From NCBI GenBank assembly GCA_002633005.1, contig NMRA01000108.1, positions 229,006 through 293,005 of the forward strand: DNA of 64,000 nt. Direction: 5' to 3'. Of this stretch, positions 12,486 through 24,960 are shown piece after piece. Source of the stretch: Phoronis australis (taxonomy: Eukaryota > Animalia > Phoronida). The notes beneath the pieces were generated by a model, which ran no database searches, was not told the origin of the DNA, and saw only the letters and a list, made by a program, of their open reading frames with translations. A program made the position numbers and the translations under genes. Numbering within the stretch: the first letter of the stretch is position 1; the number at the start of each line of letters is the position of its first letter.

Positions 12486-14430
12486 AAATAAATAAATAAA
12501 TATTAAACTTTTACAAATCAGACGAGACAAAGTAAATGCAGTGGTTATGGGTGTCCAATACCTCAGCAGCAACTTCAAGACCTCTGGGTTGTATATTTTT
12601 CTTGACCTTCGGCACCGAGGGAGGCTTAACTGACATGCTCATCAGAGCCAATTTCTTTGAAGTCAAAAGTGATCTCCCGTTACCACACACGATAGGCCCA
12701 GAACATTTTAGAAGACACCAAGCACAATTTTGGGAAGCCTGCCAACTTCAAATGTTGGGAAATTTGCTATTGTTAACTGGCCAGAATACGAGCTGTTAAA
12801 GTCTCTGCAAATAATTTTCAGGGCTCTATAATCCAGCCTTTCGAATCTTAATAGCTCTGTTCATAAAATGCCAAACTAACGGACAATAATTAAAATTTTG
12901 ACAAAACAACTGCCTACACTGCCATCCAAATGAATATAACCCGCAACCAACCCTCTTAGCACTGACAGTTGCCTGGATACATTCGTGCATAAAATCGAAA
13001 CATCTTATGTTATGATTATCTAGAGTTACAACCAGTAAATCGACACCTTTTTCAGACTTAATAATATTTTGCCCACCGACAGGTAAGAGTATATTCCATT
13101 TAAAGTTTTTGTTCCATCCAAGGAAAAAGATACACTGGAATGGATCAGGATTTGCTTCCATTTTATTCTTAGAGACCTTGATGGTGTCAGCAGAGATAGT
13201 CTGATTGACAACATCAACAGTGGGTTCATTGTGCCTAATAGTTACAACTGCATTTTCGTTTACAAAGTTACGTAAAGAGTTGCGAAGCAGAAAACTGAAA
13301 AGTATCAATCATAAAATCATTGAATAAAATAGGGCCGCCGCAGCACAAACCTCTGGATAGAGTACTCCCATTATTCACAGCAAGCAGAGGACTAACACAT
13401 CCGATGAGAGTTTCACGCTTTTGTTTTCTGTGGCTAAGGCAGTCAGCAATCAGGTCCGAGGAAAGTGTGCACATTCCATATCCGCACATGCGCAGATAAT
13501 GTAATCCTCCGAGGGCAAATTTAAGGCTAAAAAACTATTCGATTGTTCCGATTAGATTGTTGTGAATTAACATAGTTATCTCCCGTGCCACGGGCTACAT
13601 GTGATGCGATGCGAAGCCATTCTTTGGTGAATTCATAGACTACATGGGCAGCCAACTCTGTATTATTCTCAAGGTGGCACTCAGCAGCTTTGCTGATTTT
13701 GGGCTTGAAAAACCAGATCCAAAAATCTGTTCCACAGGATGTACAAAACCTGAAAATTTGAGTATAATGGGCCAAAGACTTTTCAAATCTTGCAGAATCT
13801 TACAGGAGATGATTCCAAAGTCAATTTTCCATCTTTTACGACAACCAAAAGTGCAGCCTGATACTTAAAAACAATCAAAATACGAAAAATTAGGATGCGA
13901 TTACTGAGGAGTGAGAGGCAGTGTATTCAAACTACCACAGTTCTCCAGATTCCAGAAGTCTGGTGAAATGTTGGTATAGACCAGCCAGATTTTTCACAGT
14001 CAAAAAAGTCTGAAGGGTACTTGAAATTCCTGCTGAATTTCAACTTCCTGCTTGCAAGCGGTAAAGGTTTGAGAAAAGCCACGGCTGAGCAAAAAGTGGG
14101 TCAAGGGGTCAATAGCTAAGAATCTTTCACTCAGAACGGATTCAGCTATCACGCAAAAGTCATTCGTAGCCTCCACATTGAGCACAGAACTTGAAATACC
14201 CAGCTAATCCACACCGCAGATAAATTCAACCGTGGGTCAAAAAACTATTGAGTACCAATCAATGTATTAGATATAATAAGGAAAATTTGCCATCGAAATC
14301 AGAATCCCGGTGTAAAACATATATCCGGGAAAAAAACACACCCTGCATCTTCAAAACAGCTAACGAGCCCGAAAAACACAAACCCTGACCTTTAAAACAG
14401 GAAGCCAGGAGATCAGACAGGAAACCCGGA
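12486..14430 (-). mobile_element. Degenerate, internally deleted CR1/L2-group LINE
   Basis: Minus ORF 12826-13308 has NKMEANP..FQCI, LL.VTLD and NFNYCPLVWHF (RT thumb and C-terminus). There is a (TTTA)n tail at ~12487-12501. The probable 5' UTR at ~14320-14430 is shared with 15327-15445. Confidence 0.75.
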
Positions 14431-15326
14431 CAATTTTTCAAATTTTCAGTGACGATGTCACTCGCCTCAAACTTTGATTTAAAGCATATTCAAGTACTTT
14501 CTATTCTGCATTTGTTTGTTAAAAATTATCAATGATAAAACGTAATTTATATGATATTGGCTTTGTTATTTGATTTTTATAGGTAAAACTCATGCAAGTT
14601 GTCTGTGGGCGAATTGCAACATACTCTCAAAACGTTGTTATTTAGTTCATTTCAGATTATTCAATAGTTTCTCTAAAAATGTTTAAAAAATGAAAAATAG
14701 AAATATTATTTAGACTTTCGAGTACCATTGTTGATTAATTCCTTTAAATAACTTTGCAATTATCGAGAGAAAATTATTTTCGGCGCAATCACTTTCCGGA
14801 TATTGAAATGAACTGCGAGATTCATTTACACAAAAGAAGTGCAACGTCACCAATTTCACCGTTCTTGCCCTCAAAAAGTGTACTTCAACTCCTAATCAAT
14901 CATTAAAACGGAATCGGAATTTCTGAACTCTTTTTGGATCACTCCATCAAAAGTTGCTCTGAAATTCGATTTGCTGGTACTAAAATACTGTAATAAAACT
15001 TGTAACGAAATGAAACCAGTTCCGATAATTCATTGTGACGTGTACGCAACCTCGCAAAAGAAGAACAGTTGATTGAAGAATTGGGGAAAAATTAATCTGG
15101 CCAATAGGTGACGCAATATTTCATGGCGCCGAAAGCACAAAAGATCGCAGCACAACTTTAGCGATCGAAACGCCAATAGGTCATAAGTTGTTTATAATCT
15201 CATATAGTAAAACAAAATATCAAAACAACTATTTAAAGTAGGAATATAAAGTGTTTCTCAAAATGTGAAATCGATACATGTCGTATGAACACAAAGCACT
15301 AAAGTACTTTGAGTGGTGTTTAGGCC

Positions 15327-15490
15327 CCCGGGTGTCCTGTCCGATCCCCTGGGTTCCTGTTTTAAAGGTCGCCGGAGTTTGTGTGTTTTGGGTATGGTTA
15401 ACTGTTTTGAAGGTGCGGTAGTCTGTTTTCGACTCCGGGATACCTGGTTTACACTGGGGTTCCAATTTCGACGGAACACTCCTTGGATAT
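15327..15490 (+). repeat. Inverted second copy of the 14320-14430 segment (probable LINE 5' end)
   Basis: The reverse complement matches CTTCAAAACAG..AAC...CACAAAC...GACCTTTAAAACAGGAA.CCAGG.GATC.GACAGGA.ACCCGG. Confidence 0.75.
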
Positions 15491-17689
15491 GTGATTTTGC
15501 GCATAAGCTGCAACGTCCTTATTCACTTGCGGCGTCTGGCGAGACGACCAGTTTCACTTCCAATATGTACATCTGCTCACTATGGTTTATGTGGGTGAAA
15601 CTCGAATTTTGCAATTGCACATCCTGGTCTATTGTCCAAACTACTTACGATAGAGCGAATTCTAATAAAAGAGGAAGTTGAATGGCTTTTGAATGCCAAA
15701 ATGTTTCTTTTCGTACTGCTTGACAGTAAAATAGATACCAGAATTTCCAGTCTGAATACACTAACTGGAACCTGAGCTTAGCATACGAAGAAAAGTGTCA
15801 TTTCCCCCTAGCGACCAGGGGTAGGATAGAGTATCTCGAATATGTGTTTGTACCTCTCCCACAATGTTAGCTCCCTATGGGCCTTCAGTGTTTGCCTTGT
15901 AAAATTGCACAGTGTAAGCACTTAATGAATGAATAAAGTTAAATTTAGCAATTAAAACATGTCTGACCTTTGAAGCATTTTTTCGATGCAGTGTCGTCGA
16001 CGCTTGGGCACAAATAAAAGGAAGACCAGTGCGGGAGCGAATTGCTTTGAGGAAAGAGGACGATATGAATTCACAGATCAGTGCTCGTGCAGGAGGCGGT
16101 CTGAACAATCCCGAGAAGTAGTCAACTGACAAGGTTTGTGGGAACATGCGTGTTTTTAATACACGATATAATTGTGATCATCGGCGGTTCTCGTGTGTGC
16201 ATCCATCAATCTAAAAAGAACACTTATGAGCCTATGCTTCTCAATAGGCCTAGTTATGACCAGTGGTGATAAGTGCATCAAGAGATGTAGAAGGGACATT
16301 CCTTTGATATTCAAAAAGGTTCGTTCACATGCCAACTTCCCTGTATTCTTGCAGAAGTTGCACATATTTTTGTATGATGCCTAAAAAGATATGCTGTCAG
16401 ACTTTAATTTATTTCACCAGTGCCAATACACACTTTTTTGATTTTCAGGAAAACACTGAAAGAACGACTCAGAAACTGAATCAAGATTATATTTCGACAA
16501 CAGGCAAATTTTGGCAAACGAAATATCATGAAAAATACAACACTTAGCTACGCAAATAGATACAGCAGTAGTTATCGTAAATTACGTAAACACATCTGTT
16601 CGCAATTTACTCTTGCAGAACGAACACTTTAAAACCAATTGGCACTTATTTCTGTAAACCAATGTAACACGATCTTAAAACCAAAAAATGTATTGCTGAA
16701 TAAAAAACTACTAACATGCAGCTTGACAGTTGCTGAAAGTTACTGCAGATTCTAGTTCAGCATCCAAATTGCGTCGATGTCTACAAAACAACTTTAATCA
16801 ACCAAAAAATACAAAACAACAATGGAACAATGAAATTAGGCTTTATTTAATAACTACAACACTCAATCAAAACCCAGTCGAACGTACAACCTGAAATCCA
16901 TTGTGCAAACACTCGCCACACCTCACCTAGAGAAGTGCATTTCGAAGCGAGAAGCCTCTCCAGTTGTGGCCTCTACATGGGCTGGAGGCCCTTCAGTTAC
17001 TGGCACCCGTGCCTCCGAACGTACCGCTAGAGCGTGTAATTCCGGGAACTAGCAGTGTTTCGGCCTGTGCTTGTGTTGTCTCAAGCCCAGAGCCCGTAAG
17101 CACCTCTGCAGCGATGTTGAGTAATGGGTGTTAATACATTCACCAAGTGAGGAGGACAGTTCGTCTTCCAGTGAACAGGCCGTTACTCACGTCACTGTGA
17201 TATGGGTCGCCGACTCCAGCCAGTTTCAGGCTACTACAAACTAAACGGACTATAGCCCGATACAACGTTCCGGTGTTTTGAGAACCAGTTTGATGCCTAT
17301 TATTCAGTGGAGAAAATTGGTTGTCAAAATTCGGGCACGTTATATCAGACCATTACCACTAAAGGATTCCTAAGTCCAATGTAACTGAGTTCTTTAACAA
17401 CCTAGCTTGTCGTAGAATACTCGTCGATGGAAAGTGATGACAAATTTTAGGAAACCAGCACGAAAACCACAGTAGAACAACGCAGAAACAAAATGGCGGG
17501 AACTTCTTAATCCCCCTAAACGTAGCTTCTATAGTATTGCAGGACTAATTATTGGGGACAAATAAAACAACAACAATAATATATATTTGAGGTTGTATTG
17601 GAAATTTCAGGGTCACAGCTCTACAAATGAATATTTCATAGAAGGAATAAGATGGGTTCCTTAATTACAAGAGAAAGCACACACATGTA

Positions 17690-17885
17690 CGATACCCAAT
17701 GTGTAATTGAGTATCGGATACTAAGTGGCGCAGGTTAGCATAGTACCAACTGGGTACATAATACCAAATCGGTATTGGCCGATTGCCTACCAAGTGGGTC
17801 GAACGAAACGGCAAATTCAATAACAAGTACCAAATGGGTACAACTGCCAAATGGGCAAATATCATATAATAAAGTACCACCAAAC
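17690..17885. repeat. Cluster of short degenerate (G)TACCAAnTGG motifs, likely subterminal repeats of a DNA element
   Basis: GTACCAACTGGGTAC, ATACCAAATCGGTA, CTACCAAGTGGG, GTACCAAATGGGTAC. Confidence 0.5.
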
Positions 17886-19639
17886 AGCCAACTGTGCTAT
17901 AACAACCTGCAAAGCAGGTTCCGGACAAGCTAAGTGAGCAGACCAGCCGGAGTGATAAAAAGATATATTGTAAGAAACGTGTTGTTGTGGCTCAGTATGT
18001 GCCACATGGGCAGGGTTGTTCACGGATGAACAATCCTGTCCACTGCCACTTTGCCTTTAAAAAGTTTATGTTTTGATTTTATTTGAATCAAATAAATAAC
18101 TAACACAAATTTAACATGTGTAATACATTTTTGAGGTCAGGGCAGCTAGGGTCTTTCTGGTTAACAACTGACACCTATTCGATTTTAGTTATGGCTCATG
18201 GTTCTTACTAAAGCGATAAAGGCCTGGCTGGACCAGTGGTTAGATTCGATGTTTCCATCTTATATTGGTTGGCTAAAAAAATTGACTTTGATTAATTTAC
18301 AAAAATATTTGATCGTGCTGTTTTGTCCTCCCTTAGTCACCGATGCGTGTAAAAGAAAAGAATACATTTCTGAATTTCTGTCGTTTTTCAAGTTTTTGAG
18401 CTGTTTTTCTGCAGGTGACGTAGAGAAAACGACAAACAGAAGTTGTGTATCGACTTTCATTTTTTCCACAAAAAAAGAAAAACCGATAGTTAATCAATTT
18501 ATGATTTTCATTTCTCCATTTTTCGAAGAAATTGAAAAAACATTAGAACATCGGAAATTGGCTCGATTTTCTAACGAAGAACCCATTCGGTTCTCTCATA
18601 ATTGGACCGGAAAAAAGTTTTAAGTTTACGGTGTTATGCTGATATAACACAGATTTTTGTTTAAAACCTGTACTATTATTGTCTGTAATTGTTTTGGTGT
18701 GTATTGTGTGAAGTGCTTTGAAGTAGGCAACTGAAAACAAAGTATTGTAAATTTAATCTGCTTCCAAGGTGATTCTCGTCTGTGAAAAAATAAAATATGC
18801 CGACTTGTAGAAGGCCGTAAACAGAGTTATAACCAAATTATTTTACAAAATTTTGACAGAAAATGAAAGCATACTACAAAAAGGAAGATTTATACATGCG
18901 TGCATTTGTGTGTCTTACACTGGATGTTGTATAGTTTGTCTATTTTCAATGCTTTAAATAATATTAGAATCCAGACCTCACCATGTATCATTTCGAAACG
19001 AATTAATCGACCGTTACTTGGATACAGTTTTTTAATATCTGCTGCTTAATTTTACTCGAGGTTACACCACAATTTCGGACATCGACGCAGCTTTACAAGT
19101 AGGTACATGGGTCTATGCATGCACATATTAAAAGGTTACACTGTGGCAGAACCGAAATATGAATATACACTGTATCAAGCTTGGGTAAAACATTCAGTTT
19201 GGCAACATGCTCTAATGAAAAAACAATATCTACTCACTCTTGAATTTATATTATTTATAATTTGAATATCCAACTGGGTAAAAAATAACAGGTAACGTAA
19301 GCATTACAAGCATGTAAGATGCTGAACAGAAAGATATGCTTAAAGCTCTTGAAACCACCATTTACTATGTCTAGACGTGTGTCTACATTGTCAGCATCGT
19401 TAAATCTCCCTTTAGAGCACTGCACAACCGTGAATTCAATATCCCCAAACAGAGAAAGCAGAAGAAAAGCGACTTTAAGAAAGTTTAATAGCTCACACAT
19501 GAGTGTGACGTATGAACGTACCCAGCACCCAAGTGTGTCATGTCCACCAACACCAACGTGTACAAAAGTGTGCTATATTCACGAACGCATTAAGATCGTT
19601 TGGAACATCTAGTACTACTGGAATCTTATCTACCCAATC

Positions 19640-19875
19640 GCATCTACAGTCAGCGCGAATTGATGGCGTGTATTCAATGTCGTTTTCTCCGGGTTACGTG
19701 ATTGCGGGTTTGCCCCTGGACAGTGTTCTTGGTCCATTACTTTACCTTCTATACATCAATGACCTTACCGACAATATCTCATATAAAACCTATCAAGACG
19801 CTGATGACACGTCTTGTCGCTCTTCCTTCATTCCCTAAGGCCAATCCACCACATACGAGATGATCTACGTCGGCT
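19640..19875 (+). mobile_element. Old RT fragment of the same LINE family as 21011-23774
   Basis: ARIDGVYS...AGLPLDSVLGPLLYLLYINDLTDNISYKTYQDADDT aligns to VRIEGVLS...AGVPQGSVLGPLLFLLYINDLPDTISSKTFLYADDT. Confidence 0.88.
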
Positions 19876-20039
19876 GTCCTTTATAATTTCTTAGTTTTCT
19901 TGGTAAGGAATGGAAAAACTGATGAGAATATTTCCGTCGTTGATTACAGCACCGCAAAATGAAGATGGAGACTGAGTATGACGCCTTGCATCAATGTCTA
20001 AAGTAACATAAATTATTTAGCCCGGTCAAATTTGGCGAA

Positions 20040-20331
20040 TTTATCCCACCAGTAGACTGCAAACCAACCGTGAAATACGGCTTCTGTCGTTGCATAGGGC
20101 TTCCACCGTGATATACGGATTGGCTCTAGATCAATTCATTACAATGTTTCTCGGTCAGTATGAGGTATAAAGAGATTATTACATGTTCTCAGTCGTTATC
20201 CCCCATTATCTAGAGCCCTCGTGGATTTTGGAGAATTATCGCCTTCGGTGCTGGCGCCCCTCGGGCGATTATTCTCCAAAATCCAATCGGGCTCTAGAAT
20301 ACGGGGGACAACGACTTCGCCATGTAGTGAT
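20040..20331 (-). repeat. Short-arm variant of the hairpin element (arm 20040-20171 + hairpin 20171-20331)
   Basis: Same palindrome (GATTATTACATG..TCTAGAGCCC..GAGAAT..ATTCTC..GGGCTCTAGA..CATGTAGT). The arm ends CAATGTTTCTCGGTCAGTATGAGGTATAAA and begins TTTATCCCAC. Confidence 0.8.
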
Positions 20332-20825
20332 ATGCCCTCGTTCAAATATTTTTGCATATCACGAATCTCGATAAATATTAACCACTGGTATAAACACGTA
20401 CGTTGTATAACCTATATTTACCCACTGAGTTCTAAAAACCCTTTTATATGTCACACATACCTCTGTATACCTAAGCGTTCAACACATTTTGTTGTTCAGT
20501 AGTTGTGCGTAAAGATGGCTCATGATTCGCTTTCAAATCCTAGATACACAGTTATGTCAAACTGTTCTTCAAATCACTCAAAGTGGCTGTAAACCCACAT
20601 TCCGTCGATGGAATTAAGTTTTGATTGAGCCCACAAGCTGACTTACGATCTTTGACCTTACTTAAAAAAGAAGCGTCAGGGCACGGCGCTAAAAATGACA
20701 TGATACAAGCCAACTTATAATACTCTAAGCTTGGTCGATTCTTTCCATACCCCTACACCACCTCTGAGTTCACTAACGAACACTTTTGATACCTATTTCT
20801 ATACATTGTACGTTTTTCCACAAAC

Positions 20826-23564
20826 ATGTATTTACGAAAACTACTTCATGTTTTTGTTGGAGGATCTGATGTCAATGCCTTCCCAAGCAGTCAGTGTTCA
20901 GTTCAGTGTCCAGCTGTTCACTGCTACAGCCTCGTTTTGAAGATGACCAAAATTCAAACTCTCAGCCGTCGATATTCGTGGGAACAAAAAAGCAGCAACG
21001 AAGAGACAAAAGAACCAGACATTATGAAGAAGATCTGGAATTACAACCTCATTAACATGGACAAACTGCGCTCTGACATAACCACATTCAACTGGACTGA
21101 TATACTTAACAAAAGTGACATAAATGACGCAGTCTCAATATTCACACAGCCACTCTACAACATATTAGATAATAATATCCCATCAACCATGAAAACAATA
21201 AAAAACAAGAACAAACCGTGGTTTAACAATAACATTAAGTCTGAAATAAATAAAAGAAATAAACTGTACAGATCGTTCAGAAGATCAAATAACCCATGCA
21301 CGTTCAAGTGCTACAAAGAACAGTGCAAGAGTGTGGAAGAACTAATTAAAAAGACAAAACAAGACTATAAGATGAAAGTTATCTCCAATATCAAAAATGT
21401 CTCCAAAAATTCTAAGGAATATTGGGATATAGTAAACAAAATTCGAGGACAGGTAAAGCAATCATCATACCCCACCATCCACTCAAAAGAATCCAACTCT
21501 CAGGCGTCATCCAAAGCCGATAAAAGTATCTTATTTCTAGACTACTTCACTGCCAAGAGTCACATTGCACCAACAATAAACTATCCAGAATTCCCAAACA
21601 GAACATTAGAACACCTCTCTTACATAGAAGCCCAACCATCTGAAGTCAGAAAACTACTAGAAAACATTGACGAAAACAAAAACGACGGTACCAATCTCAT
21701 AACCAATAAAATGATCAAGATAATAGCAAGAGAGCTTACACTTCCTCTGACAACATTATACAACAAAATACTACAATCTGGAAAATTTCCTTCGAACTGG
21801 AAGCTTGGCGTTATGATACCAATACACAAAAAGAACTCCAAAACAGACATTGCCAACTATCGCCCCATAACTCTACTTAACACCTTATCCAAAATTTTAG
21901 AAAAAATCATTTCTCAGCACATGTTTGACCACCTCTCTTCACAAAACCTCATATATCGTCGCCAATTTGGATTCATGCCTGGTAACAGCACTGTGTCGCA
22001 ACTTACAGAAATTGTACACGACATCCACCTCCAGTTTGAGCAAGGGTACAACGTGAGATCCGTATTTTTAGACATTGCGTCAGCTTTTGATGTCGTTCCC
22101 CATGACCTGCTTCTACATAAATTACAATCTTACGGTTTCTCAGGCACTCTCCTCTTACTTTTAAAATCATATCTGGAAAATCGAACTTACAAAGTCCGAA
22201 TTGAGGGTGTCTTATCACCTTCATCAACGCCAGGTTTCGTAAATGCTGGAGTACCACAGGGTAGCGTACTAGGCCCCTTACTCTTTTTACTGTACATCAA
22301 TGATCTTCCAGACACGATAAGCTCTAAAACATTCTTATATGCTGATGACACTGCAATATTCCACCCATTCTCAAAAGAGCATCCCCATGACTCCTTACAA
22401 TTGCAAACTGACCTTAACAAACTCTATGACTGGTCTCACAAATGGAAGATGAAATTTAAACCTGAAAAAAGTGTTGATCTTATATTTTCTAAGTCTAATA
22501 ATACTCATTTCCAAACAAATCCAACACTGGAATTATCACTCAATGGGGAAGTTATCCCCAATAAGTTCACGCACAAACATCTTGGCTTGCTACTCGACCA
22601 TAAGCTTACATTTACTCCTCATTGTCGCGAACTCGTTCAAAAAGTACAAAAATTAATTAATCCAATTAGAATTATCTCTCGTCATCTCAACTCCATGCAT
22701 CTTGAAACTCTGTTCAAGTCTTTTGTACTTCCACATCTAGATTACTGTGACATAATCTACCAATCGGCAAACGCTGGCATACTTCTCCAATTAGAAAGAC
22801 TACAATACCAAGCAGCTTTAGCCATAACTGGGGCATACAAAGGGTCCAACACAATCAAGGTTCTAAATAGTCTTCACTGGAGCAAACTAGCAACCCGTCG
22901 TAAACTCCACCTGTCCATGTATACATTCAAAGTCTTAACCAACATAAACAATTACTCTAACAAAATCCTCTTTGACTCCTACAAAAGACCAAGCACGAGA
23001 CCAGGACTCCGGCAAAGCAATATGTATACTATTCCAGCCTCCATCAGCCAAGCCTTCAGAAGATCAGCGATACTAACTTGTATTGACAACTGGAATTCCT
23101 TACCATTCAAAATAAAAGAAAGCACTTCAATCGTCACTCTCAAAAATAACTTTAAAATGCATACCACTACTCCAGACTTGCCAGTCCCATTGACATCATT
23201 CCAACTTCCCCGCAACCATGAAATAACCCTATACAGATCAAGATGTGGTCTATTCCTAAACAACGAGAAATTTAGACATAATTTTAATAATATTTCGGCT
23301 CTGTGTTCCTGTGGAGATACCCAGACATATCCTCATGTTTTCTTTGCTTGTGAGGTATGCAAGGAGGAGAGGGTACAGCTCTTCCAGGCACTCGAACAAT
23401 ACCCCAATGTTTATAAAAAATACTCTGAAATTCCGCAATTGTACAACAAAATTAATTTCTTTCTACATGGATGTCAAGAACTTAACTCAAACGAAAATAT
23501 GGTTTCATTTGAAATAGTATCAGAATTTCTTTATAACATTAAATCTCTTTGTGTGAGTGGATAG
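20826..23564 (+). CDS. LINE ORF2 reverse transcriptase (endonuclease missing; the first ~60 codons are flanking DNA)
   Basis: Motifs KPWF, NYRPITLL, QFGF, FLDIASAFD, GVPQGSVLGP, YADD and HLG; C-terminal CSCG-x6-H-x4-C zinc knuckle. Confidence 0.95.
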   Translation: MYLRKLLHVFVGGSDVNAFPSSQCSVQCPAVHCYSLVLKMTKIQTLSRRYSWEQKSSNEETKEPDIMKKIWNYNLINMDKLRSDITTFNWTDILNKSDINDAVSIFTQPLYNILDNNIPSTMKTIKNKNKPWFNNNIKSEINKRNKLYRSFRRSNNPCTFKCYKEQCKSVEELIKKTKQDYKMKVISNIKNVSKNSKEYWDIVNKIRGQVKQSSYPTIHSKESNSQASSKADKSILFLDYFTAKSHIAPTINYPEFPNRTLEHLSYIEAQPSEVRKLLENIDENKNDGTNLITNKMIKIIARELTLPLTTLYNKILQSGKFPSNWKLGVMIPIHKKNSKTDIANYRPITLLNTLSKILEKIISQHMFDHLSSQNLIYRRQFGFMPGNSTVSQLTEIVHDIHLQFEQGYNVRSVFLDIASAFDVVPHDLLLHKLQSYGFSGTLLLLLKSYLENRTYKVRIEGVLSPSSTPGFVNAGVPQGSVLGPLLFLLYINDLPDTISSKTFLYADDTAIFHPFSKEHPHDSLQLQTDLNKLYDWSHKWKMKFKPEKSVDLIFSKSNNTHFQTNPTLELSLNGEVIPNKFTHKHLGLLLDHKLTFTPHCRELVQKVQKLINPIRIISRHLNSMHLETLFKSFVLPHLDYCDIIYQSANAGILLQLERLQYQAALAITGAYKGSNTIKVLNSLHWSKLATRRKLHLSMYTFKVLTNINNYSNKILFDSYKRPSTRPGLRQSNMYTIPASISQAFRRSAILTCIDNWNSLPFKIKESTSIVTLKNNFKMHTTTPDLPVPLTSFQLPRNHEITLYRSRCGLFLNNEKFRHNFNNISALCSCGDTQTYPHVFFACEVCKEERVQLFQALEQYPNVYKKYSEIPQLYNKINFFLHGCQELNSNENMVSFEIVSEFLYNIKSLCVSG

Positions 23565-23774
23565 AATTTTATACATCTGTATGAAAATAAATTATTTTCA
23601 TTCGTTGTCATATATAATTGTATTCTTAACATCAGTTTTTTTATTTATGTATTTGTATATAATCATTGTATATAGACTTCTTTGTATTTTTTTACCCAGA
23701 TCTAATGCCTCTTGGCGCTTTCTGGGTTATGTATATTCACTGTATTCTGAAGATTTCGTAATAAACATTAAAAA
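21011..23774 (+). mobile_element. Young 5'-truncated non-LTR retrotransposon (CR1/L2-like group)
   Basis: Uninterrupted RT frame, AT-rich 3' UTR ending AATAAACATTAAAAAAA, and direct repeat AAGAGACAAA at 21001-21010 and 23775-23784 (TSD). Confidence 0.93.
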
Positions 23775-24618
23775 AAGAGACAAACGAAAGTCGCTTTGAC
23801 AGATCTTTATTTTGCCTTAGTCGTCATTACATTTATGTAGATGTGTAAATTTCAAATGTCATCCATGTCGTTGGCCTAGTACTTTGCTGAAAATCAAGTT
23901 TAAAACGCTAATTAAGTAATTGCAATCGTGATATACTCAAGCACAAAATGAAAGACACTTGTGTTGAGTACAGACTGAGGTAGACTGTAGACTTTTCATA
24001 ATATAAGTCAGAGTTATACATGTACATGTAGTTTCAGTGTCGACATGTCCCAGTGCGAAAAAATCATCATTCACAACTTTTGGAACTGATCGACTACAAA
24101 ACAATTTTCTCGACGTTGCGAAGCCGCCTGGCTCCTACTGGGACATGATGAATGCTGGCTCACGCACAAATTTCGTCGCCCTCTGTCGATTTTCACAGAT
24201 AATGGTCCAGGGCCTTGTAGCTTCCGTCTATGAACACCGGTAGGGGGCAATAAAGTTTTCGCGCGAGCCATTCAGTTATTGATCCCCAGTTGCAGAATCA
24301 AGGTGGTCCTAAAACGTCGGGAAAGTAATTTCGCAGAAGGTTCCAAACACTGTGATTTAAAGTTTTTCCGTATAGGTTATTCACCTGGACGCATCCACAG
24401 TAATCCCTGGCATCTGAAATGTCCCCGTGTTTGTGGGGTTAAAAGAGAATGCCACCCGATTTAATTAGTCTTTTTTACCGTCTTAATCGGTCTATATCCT
24501 CATCGCCTCGCATACGGTAGACCTTACCTTGCCGAGAGGTGTCGCGTTGACCCGGCTATGAGGAAGGTGAGAAACGACGCAGCGACGTCAGTGGTTCAGT
24601 TGCAGTGTGAATACCCCT

Positions 24619-24960
24619 ATGTTGCGGTGCATCGTTTCTGCTTGTGCGAACTATGAAGCTGCGAGGAAAGCGGGTATGTCGTTTTTTTGACTTCCTCGAG
24701 AGCCCGAATTGCTTAGGAAGTGGTTCGCGGTAGTGAAGAATGAAAAGTGCGATGTTAATAGCAAGTATGAGGCCATGAAACAGCTCCGTGTCTGTGGCCG
24801 GCATTTCGTCGACAATGATTTCTCTGACAAATGTCGGCGGCGAAAGAACTATCTATACGTTCCGTTGTCTGTGCATGTACACTGCGCCTCTCAAGTATTT
24901 CTTTATCAGTGTATTCCGGTTCGAACTGATGGCATGTCGAACATTACGATCCACATGTGA
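24619..24960 (+). pseudogene. THAP zinc-finger domain remnant of a DNA transposon
   Basis: MLRCIVSACANYEAARKAGMSFF*LPREPELLRKW...LRVCGRHFVDNDF has the C2CH ligands plus conserved P, W and F. One in-frame TGA at 24688-24690. Confidence 0.85.

Noticed and set aside
19255-19500. Minus ORF with a hydrophobic N-terminus as the missing defensin signal exon
   Set aside because: No convincing donor of suitable phase, no recognisable homology, and 17 kb from exon A.
20826-21010. N-terminal part of the 912-aa ORF as LINE protein
   Set aside because: It lies outside the TSD-defined insertion and has no endonuclease motifs; chance in-frame flank.
24688-24690. Selenocysteine or readthrough TGA in the THAP ORF
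   Set aside because: It aligns to a basic residue position (F-R-L/F-P), not a Cys; CGA>TGA decay is the simpler explanation.
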